Source of the DNA: an uncultured Gammaproteobacteria bacterium
GTDB lineage: Bacteria; Patescibacteriota; Microgenomatia; Levybacterales; UBA12049
Reading direction: 5' to 3'
Assembly (NCBI GenBank): GCA_964460145.1
Contig: CAYWPH010000001.1
Coordinates: 26,579 to 90,578 of the forward strand
Length of the DNA stretch: 64,000 bases
A model generated the notes under the pieces. The model worked only from the letters and a program-made list of their open reading frames with translations, did not search any database and was not told the origin of the DNA. Shown piece after piece: positions 57,676 through 64,000 of this stretch. The number at the start of each line of letters is the position of its first letter. Position 1 is the stretch's first letter. A program made the position numbers and the translations under genes.

Positions 57676-58701
57676 ATGAGGCTTTTAGTAACTGGTGGAG
57701 CAGGATTTATAGGCTCCCATTTCATTCTTTATTGGATGAAAAACTACCCCGAAGATAAGATTGTAAACATTGACAAGCTAACTTATGCTGCAAATATTGT
57801 AAATCTTAAAGCTGTTGAGGATAACCCAAATTATTCTCTTGAACATGCAGACATATGTGATCCCCAAAAGGTTGATAAAGTAATGAAAGATACAGATATC
57901 GTTGTCCACTTTGCAGCTGAAACACACGTAGACCGCTCCATTATGAATCCTTTGCCTTTTATTCAATCAAATTTTGTAGGAACCTATGTGCTTTTACAAG
58001 CAGCTAAAAAATACAATGTTAAAAGGTTTCATCATATCTCAACTGATGAAGTATTTGGAAGCATTCCTTTAGACGACCCTTCCCGATTTAATGAAGAGAC
58101 AAAATACGATCCTTCAAGTCCATATTCTGCAACTAAAGCTGCTGCAGACCATTTAGTTAGAGCATATCACCATACATACGGACTCCCAATTACAATCAGC
58201 AATTGTTCCAATAACTATGGTCCCGCAATGTATCCGGAAAAATTAATTCCAATTGCAATAACAAATCTGTTAGAAGATAAACCAGTGCCACTGCATGGAG
58301 ATGGAAGAAATATTAGAGACTGGCTCTATGTTGAAGATCATGTAAGAGCAATTGAGCTAATCCTGCAAAAAGGAAAAATTGGAGAAACGTATTTAGTAGG
58401 CGGAATGAATAAGGGTATTTCAAATTTAGAAGTAGTTCAAAAAATATTAAAAATAATGGGAAAATCAGAGGATTATATTAAATTTGTTAAAGATAGAGCT
58501 GGAAATGATAAAAAATATGACGTTGATTGGACAAAGATCAATAAAGAGCTTGGATGGAAGCCACTTCACAATTTTGATGAATGGCTTAAAAAAACAATTG
58601 ATTGGTATGTAGAAAACAGAAGTTGGTGGGAACAGGTAAAAGCTAAAGACTATAAAGATATCCTTCATAATAATTTGGGAGGAAATATTGACCAGCTGTG
58701 A
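57676..58701 (+). CDS. rmlB: dTDP-glucose 4,6-dehydratase
   Basis: MRLLVTGGAGFIGSHF...; YSATKAA catalytic YxxxK; typical RmlB length. Confidence 0.85.
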   Translation: MRLLVTGGAGFIGSHFILYWMKNYPEDKIVNIDKLTYAANIVNLKAVEDNPNYSLEHADICDPQKVDKVMKDTDIVVHFAAETHVDRSIMNPLPFIQSNFVGTYVLLQAAKKYNVKRFHHISTDEVFGSIPLDDPSRFNEETKYDPSSPYSATKAAADHLVRAYHHTYGLPITISNCSNNYGPAMYPEKLIPIAITNLLEDKPVPLHGDGRNIRDWLYVEDHVRAIELILQKGKIGETYLVGGMNKGISNLEVVQKILKIMGKSEDYIKFVKDRAGNDKKYDVDWTKINKELGWKPLHNFDEWLKKTIDWYVENRSWWEQVKAKDYKDILHNNLGGNIDQL

Positions 58702-59567
58702 AGATTTTAGGAACAGGTTTAAATGGTTTAATTGGCTCAAGAATTGTTGAGCTCAATAAAGATAAACATACTTTTCAAAATATAAGTCGGTCAACAGGCG
58801 TTGATATTACTGATTATTCTCAAGTTTTAAATACAATTTCTTCCTCAGATGCGAAAGTTGTATTCCACGCAGCAGCATATACTAACGTAAAAGGTGCACA
58901 AAAAGAAAAGGATCTTAAAGAAAAAAGCGAGTCTTGGAAAATAAATGTAATTGGTACTCAAAATGTTGCAAAAGCTTGTAGTCAAACAGGAAAAAAATTA
59001 ATTCACATTTCAACAGATATGGTAGTAGGTGGAGATGATATGCCTGAAGGTGGATTTAAGGAAGACACAGTTCCAAATCCATTAAGCTTTTATGCTGTTA
59101 CAAAGTCAGAAGCAGAAAAAGTAGTGCAAAGTCTTTCAACTCCCTGGGTAATTATGAGAACAGCCTATCCCTACAGAGCTTCGTTTGAAAAACCGGATTT
59201 TGTGAGGTTTTTTAAAGACTTAATATCTAGTGGCAAATCGATTTCCGTATTAACTGATAGGCTTATTTCCCCAACCTTTATTGATGATCTTGCGGTAGTA
59301 TTAGATGTTTTAGTAGAGAAAAACGCATCAGGAATTTATCACAGCGTTGGAAGCCAAATAGTCAGCGTATATGACGCAGTAATATTAGTTGCAAAGGCTT
59401 ATAATTTAGACACTGGGTTAGTTGGTAAAACAACAAGAAAAGAGTTTCTTATCGGCCTTCCACCAGAGCCCTTTTCATCAGCCTTGAACAATGATAAAAT
59501 TAGGGAGCTTGGTGTAGAAATGCACACTTTTGAACAAGGTCTAGAGATTATTAAAACACAAATATGA
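58698..59567 (+). CDS. rmlD: dTDP-4-dehydrorhamnose reductase
   Basis: ILGTGLNGLIGSRI...YAVTKSEAEK; RmlD-like, about 289 aa. Confidence 0.75.
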   Translation: MKILGTGLNGLIGSRIVELNKDKHTFQNISRSTGVDITDYSQVLNTISSSDAKVVFHAAAYTNVKGAQKEKDLKEKSESWKINVIGTQNVAKACSQTGKKLIHISTDMVVGGDDMPEGGFKEDTVPNPLSFYAVTKSEAEKVVQSLSTPWVIMRTAYPYRASFEKPDFVRFFKDLISSGKSISVLTDRLISPTFIDDLAVVLDVLVEKNASGIYHSVGSQIVSVYDAVILVAKAYNLDTGLVGKTTRKEFLIGLPPEPFSSALNNDKIRELGVEMHTFEQGLEIIKTQI

Positions 59568-60856
59568 CAATAACTTTTATTGGACACGGATATGTTGGAC
59601 TGGTTACCGCAGCAGTTTTTGCAGATTTAGGTAATACTGTTTGGGTAATCGGACATACAGAAGGGAAAATTAACAATCTTAAAAAAGGAATAATTCCAAT
59701 TTATGAGCCTGGGCTTTCTGAAGTAGTGCAAAGAAACGTTGCCGCCGGAAGGCTTTTATTTACAATGGATTATGATCAGGCAATTCCAGCCTCAAAAGTA
59801 GTTTTTATTGCAGTTGGTACTCCTTCTAAAGAAAGCGGTGAAGCGGATTTATCAGTTGTTTTTGAAGTTGCAGAGAAACTTGGAAAGCATTTAGACGGTT
59901 ACAGCGTAGTCGTAACCAAAAGTACAGTTCCTGTTGGCACTTATAAAAAAACTAGAGAAATTATTGAAAAAGTAAAACCGGAAAGGTCGGAGTTTGATTT
60001 AGCTTCAGTCCCTGAATTTTTAAGAGAAGGTCAGGCTATTTCTGACACTCTGCATCCTGACAGAATCGTAATCGGAACTGACAGCCAAAAAGCTCAAGAT
60101 CTTCTTATTGAACTGCATGAACCAATTGACGGTAATTATGTTTTATCAAATATTGAAACAGCAGAGATGATCAAATATGCAGCAAATGCTTTTCTTGCTA
60201 CAAAAATATCTTTCTCAAATGCAATCGCAAAACTCAGTGAATTATCCAATGCTGACGGGCTAAAAGTATTAGAAGGAATTGGTCTTGATAAAAGAATTGG
60301 AAATCAGTTTTTGTCTCCTGGTGCAGGTTACGGCGGAAGTTGTTTTCCAAAAGACGTTAAGGCATTAATTTCTATTGCCAAGTCTTACGGTTATGATTTT
60401 TCTCTTCTTAAAGATGTAGATAATGTCAATCAAGATGCAATGGATGATATTGTAAGAAAAGCAAAGAAACTTTTAGGAGATAAAATAAATGGCGCAACAA
60501 TTGCAATACTTGGTTTATCGTTTAAGCCAAATACCGATGACATGCGAGACGCTCCTTCAATACCTATCATTAACAGCCTTTTAAAGGCAGGAGCAAAGAT
60601 TAAGGCATATGATCCGGTTGCAATGCAAAACGCAAAGAAGATTTTTTCAGGTATTGAATTTAGTGAAGACTCTTACTCGGCAGCAAGAGATGCAGATCTT
60701 CTAATAGTTATTACAGAATGGAATGAATTCAAGCAATTAGATCTGTCAAAAATAAAAGCAGTTATGAGAAATCCGGTAATTTTAGATGGAAGAAATATAT
60801 ATAACTCTGGGGAAGTTAAAAGACTTGAATTTACATATCAGGGCGTAGGTAGATAA
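59564..60856 (+). CDS. ugd: UDP-glucose 6-dehydrogenase (nucleotide-sugar dehydrogenase family)
   Basis: ITFIGHGYVGLVTAAVFADLGN...GGSCFPKD catalytic Cys. Confidence 0.85.
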   Translation: MTITFIGHGYVGLVTAAVFADLGNTVWVIGHTEGKINNLKKGIIPIYEPGLSEVVQRNVAAGRLLFTMDYDQAIPASKVVFIAVGTPSKESGEADLSVVFEVAEKLGKHLDGYSVVVTKSTVPVGTYKKTREIIEKVKPERSEFDLASVPEFLREGQAISDTLHPDRIVIGTDSQKAQDLLIELHEPIDGNYVLSNIETAEMIKYAANAFLATKISFSNAIAKLSELSNADGLKVLEGIGLDKRIGNQFLSPGAGYGGSCFPKDVKALISIAKSYGYDFSLLKDVDNVNQDAMDDIVRKAKKLLGDKINGATIAILGLSFKPNTDDMRDAPSIPIINSLLKAGAKIKAYDPVAMQNAKKIFSGIEFSEDSYSAARDADLLIVITEWNEFKQLDLSKIKAVMRNPVILDGRNIYNSGEVKRLEFTYQGVGR

Positions 60857-61815
60857 TGAATAAAAAAATTCTTATTACTGGTATTTTTGGATTTGCAGGA
60901 AACTATCTTGCACGTTTTCTTCTTACCCAAAAAGACGTTAAGGTTTTAGGTACATATCGCAGTCAAAAAAGTAAAGATCTTCTTTCAGACACTGCCTCTG
61001 ATCTTGAGCTTTATCAGCTTGACTTAATGGACTACGAAAAAGTAGTAGAAGTATTAGAAAAATCTAAACCTGATGAAATTTACCATCTTGCTGCTTTGGC
61101 TTCTGCTGCAGCGAGTTTTGAAAGCCCGGGTTTGGTAATAACCAATAATATAATTTCTCAACTAAATCTTTTTGAGGCAGTGAGACTAAATAAGTTAAGT
61201 CCCAAAATAATGATAATTTCATCCGCTGAGATTTATGGAATAGTGGATCCAAATGATCTTCCTGTGGATGAAGATACTGTGCTTAAACCTGCAAGTCCGT
61301 ATGCTGTATCAAAAATAGCTCAGGATTATATGGGACTGCAATATCATATTTCCTACAATTTAAACGTAATTAGAGCAAGGCCTTTTAATCATATCGGTCC
61401 GGGGCAAACAGATCAGTTTGCAACCAGCTCGTTTGCTAAAAAAATAGCTGAAATAGAAAAAGGTAAAAGAGAACCAATATTAACAGCTGGAAACTTAGAT
61501 GCTAAAAGAGATTTTACAGATGTAAGAGATATGGTAAAAGCTTATGTTTTGCTTATGGAAAAAGGAATTGCAGGAGAAGTTTATAATATTGGATCTGGTA
61601 AATCATATAAAATGTCTGAGGTTTTAGATATTCTTCTTTCATACTCAGATGCAAAAATTAAAGTTGAAGTAGATCCAGCTCTTCTTCGCCCAAGCGATAA
61701 CCCTGAGCTTTTATGTGACAATAATAAAATTAAAGATTTAACAGGATGGGCTCCTGAAATACCAATTGAGAAAACTCTAAAAGAAATACTTGAGTATTGG
61801 AGAAAAAACGTTTAA
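60856..61815 (+). CDS. GDP-4-dehydro-6-deoxy-D-mannose reductase-like short-chain dehydrogenase (Rmd-like)
   Basis: ILITGIFGFAGNYL...YAVSKIAQD; resembles the Rmd pattern and sits next to gmd. Confidence 0.6.
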   Translation: MNKKILITGIFGFAGNYLARFLLTQKDVKVLGTYRSQKSKDLLSDTASDLELYQLDLMDYEKVVEVLEKSKPDEIYHLAALASAAASFESPGLVITNNIISQLNLFEAVRLNKLSPKIMIISSAEIYGIVDPNDLPVDEDTVLKPASPYAVSKIAQDYMGLQYHISYNLNVIRARPFNHIGPGQTDQFATSSFAKKIAEIEKGKREPILTAGNLDAKRDFTDVRDMVKAYVLLMEKGIAGEVYNIGSGKSYKMSEVLDILLSYSDAKIKVEVDPALLRPSDNPELLCDNNKIKDLTGWAPEIPIEKTLKEILEYWRKNV

Positions 61816-62826
61816 TTAATGGATTTTAAAGCGTTCAAGGTCAGCTTCTACCATTATTTTCATTAGTTCTTCAAATGATGTCTTTGGTTCCCAGCCTAAT
61901 TCTTTTTTCGCAAGTGAGTAGTCTCCTCTTAATTCAGTAATCTCAGTTGGTCTAAGCAGCTTTTCATTTGAGATTACATGATCTTCCCAATTTAAGCCAA
62001 CATGTTCAAATGCAATTTTACATGCATCTTTCACAGAGTATGTTGTGTTTGTTCCGATAACATAATCTTTGGGCTTTGAATTTTGCAGCATAAGCCACAT
62101 AGCTTCAACGTAATCTTTAGCATATCCCCAGTCCCTTTTTGAGTCTAAGTTTCCCAAATGCAATTTACCCTTTGCATCAATCAATGGTTCTCCGAGCTCA
62201 TTTAAGGGAGGATTTTTAACGCCATTTTTTATACAAGCAGCAGCTACTGAAATCTTTCTCGTTACAAAATGCAAGCTTCTCCTTGGGCTTTCGTGGTTAA
62301 AAAGAATACCCCCACAGGCAAACATTCCATAAGATTCTCTGTAGCAGCGCGTCATCATATAAGCATAAGTTTTTGCAATTCCGTAAGGGTTGTTAGCGTC
62401 ACAAGGGGTTTTTTCTGTTGCGGATTCTGCTTCAATATTTCCATAAATTTCCCTACTAGTTGCCTGGTAAAATTTTGCTTGAGAAGCAAAATGTCTTACA
62501 GTCTCCATTGCTCTTACTGGTCCTAAAGCTGTTACCTCACCGGTATAAAAAGGATGAGTCCAGCTGTCTGCAGGAATACTTTGGGCTGCTATGTTGTATA
62601 CCTCATCGGGTTTGCTTTTTCGTACAGCGTTTGCAATACTTTCAATGTCAATTAAATCAGCAGCTTCAATCTTAATTTTTCCGTAGAGGTGAGTAATGTT
62701 TTCTTGATAAAAGTTTGTGGTATGCCTGATAGTTCCTGTTACCTCATAGCCTTTATCTAATAAAAGTTCTGCAAGATATGAGCCGTCTTGTGAAGAAACC
62801 CCGATAATAAGTGCTTTTTTAGCCAT
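61816..62826 (-). CDS. gmd: GDP-mannose 4,6-dehydratase
   Basis: ALIIGVSSQDGSYLAELLLDKGYEV...PDEVYNIAAQS matches the Gmd N-terminus. Confidence 0.85.
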   Translation of the reverse strand: MAKKALIIGVSSQDGSYLAELLLDKGYEVTGTIRHTTNFYQENITHLYGKIKIEAADLIDIESIANAVRKSKPDEVYNIAAQSIPADSWTHPFYTGEVTALGPVRAMETVRHFASQAKFYQATSREIYGNIEAESATEKTPCDANNPYGIAKTYAYMMTRCYRESYGMFACGGILFNHESPRRSLHFVTRKISVAAACIKNGVKNPPLNELGEPLIDAKGKLHLGNLDSKRDWGYAKDYVEAMWLMLQNSKPKDYVIGTNTTYSVKDACKIAFEHVGLNWEDHVISNEKLLRPTEITELRGDYSLAKKELGWEPKTSFEELMKIMVEADLERFKIH

Positions 62827-62904
62827 AGATAGATTAAATATTACTTTATCAAAAACTCATCCTTTTCACAATAGCAATTTTAAGCTACAATTGAGATTGA
62901 AAAT

Positions 62905-63858
62905 ATGGATACGTGTTTGGTCGCAGGAGGCGCTGGATTTATCGGTACACATCTTTGCAAACGCCTTCTTAATAAAAACCTAAAAGTCATCTGCGTAGAT
63001 AATTTCGTTAGCAGTGCTCCTAAAAATATTGACAAGCTAAAAGAAAATAACAATTTTAGCTTTATAGAGCATGACGTGATAAAACCTTTGCCACAAGATT
63101 TAAAAGCTGATTTTGTTTTTAACCTTGCTTCACCTGCTTCTCCTAATCATCACAGCAAAATCAGCTATCATGCACTTGCCTTGGAAACCATGCTTGTTAA
63201 TACAACCGGAACATTTGAGCTGTTAAAATTTGCTCAAAAAAATAATGCTAAATTTTTATTTACTTCAACCTCTGAAGTATACGGAGACCCCCTAGAACAT
63301 CCCCAGAACGAAGAGTATAGAGGAAATGTCTCAACAACCGGTCCCCGCTCTGTCTATGACGAATCAAAAAGATTTGGTGAGACAATCACGGCATATTTTG
63401 TAAGAAACAATGGCGTTGATGCAAGAATTGCTAGAATTTTTAATACTTACGGCCCAGGCATGATGAGAGAAGACAAAAGAATGATAGTTGAGTTTATAAC
63501 ACAGGCGTTGGAAGGGAAACCGATAACAGTTTTTGGCGATGGAAATCAAACAAGATCTTTATGTTTCGTAGAAGATTTGGTTGAGGGACTAATTGAGTTA
63601 ATGTTTAATCCTGATACGAAGGCAGAGGTGGTAAATTTAGGATCTGAAGATGAGCACAGTGTTTTAGAATATGCAAATCTTGTTAAAAAATTAACTAATT
63701 CAGATTCAGAAATAGTACTTTCTGAAAGCTTGCCGGTTGACGATCCCCATAAAAGAAAACCAGATATTGCAAAAGCAAAAAGGCTTTTAAATTGGTACCC
63801 AAAAATTGGCCTAGAAGAAGGATTACTGCAAACAATAGAATATTTCAAGAGTTTATGA
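62905..63858 (+). CDS. uxs: UDP-glucuronate decarboxylase (UDP-xylose synthase)
   Basis: TSTSEVYGDPLEHPQNEEYRGNV...RIARIFNTYGPGM match the UXS motifs. Confidence 0.8.
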   Translation: MDTCLVAGGAGFIGTHLCKRLLNKNLKVICVDNFVSSAPKNIDKLKENNNFSFIEHDVIKPLPQDLKADFVFNLASPASPNHHSKISYHALALETMLVNTTGTFELLKFAQKNNAKFLFTSTSEVYGDPLEHPQNEEYRGNVSTTGPRSVYDESKRFGETITAYFVRNNGVDARIARIFNTYGPGMMREDKRMIVEFITQALEGKPITVFGDGNQTRSLCFVEDLVEGLIELMFNPDTKAEVVNLGSEDEHSVLEYANLVKKLTNSDSEIVLSESLPVDDPHKRKPDIAKAKRLLNWYPKIGLEEGLLQTIEYFKSL

Positions 63859-63873
63859 TTTAATTAGTTATAC

Positions 63874-64000
63874 GATGAATGTAGTTATTGTTATTCCCAC
63901 ATATAATGAAGAAGGTAATATCGAGCGTCTAATAGAAATCTTAGAAAACGATATTTTCCCCAAAATCAAAAATCACAGAATGTCTATTTTAGTTGCTGAT
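63874..64000 (+). CDS. GT2 polyprenol-phosphate sugar synthase-like protein (dolichyl-phosphate mannose synthase family), 3' end outside the window
   Basis: MNVVIVIPTYNEEGNIERL is the typical DPM1/ArnC N-terminus. Confidence 0.6.

Noticed and set aside
1-64000. CRISPR arrays, rRNA genes, transposase or integrase genes
   Set aside because: No regularly spaced short repeats and no transposase- or integrase-like ORFs were found. The only mobile-element-like gene is the HNH endonuclease at 39432-40076.

Overview
This window looks like a low-GC, gene-dense bacterial chromosome segment. Small proteins, class I LysRS, isopentenyl phosphate kinase, many glycosyltransferases and minimal t6A genes suggest a Candidate Phyla Radiation/Patescibacteria-like genome (inference). 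Gene order: rpoA(3' end)-rplQ-rplM-rpsI; an isoprenoid cluster (Nudix/IDI-like, IPK, trans- and cis-prenyltransferases); tRNA-Pro; recA-recX-rny. Between rny and hup sit three small accessory genes (CPT-like P-loop kinase, RimL-like GNAT, HIT hydrolase). Each is bounded by a ~45-bp direct repeat carrying an extended -10 promoter placed 6 nt from the ATG, i.e. a leaderless-mRNA cassette array. Further on: AI-2E transporter; an RNase P RNA gene on the minus strand; a UvrD-like helicase fused to a Cas4/AddB-type Fe-S nuclease; rmuC, tsaD, greA with a leader terminator; and a two-subunit eukaryote-like ATP-citrate lyase. A lysC-dapB-dapA-asd operon and a (beta-propeller unknown)-lysK operon each follow a conserved Lys-codon leader peptide with a terminator, a putative lysine attenuator. 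secA follows a strongly ribosome-bound MAKKKKKKK mini-ORF plus terminator. The rest: a free-standing HNH homing endonuclease, GT-C membrane glycosyltransferases, uppP, Nramp, prfB, frameshifted ftsE-ftsX-envC-like, tsaE-tsaC-tsaB, and a nucleotide-sugar locus (rmlC/B/D, ugd, rmd, gmd, uxs, GT2s). No CRISPR array or rRNA was seen. All calls rest on reading motifs by eye; no searches were run.
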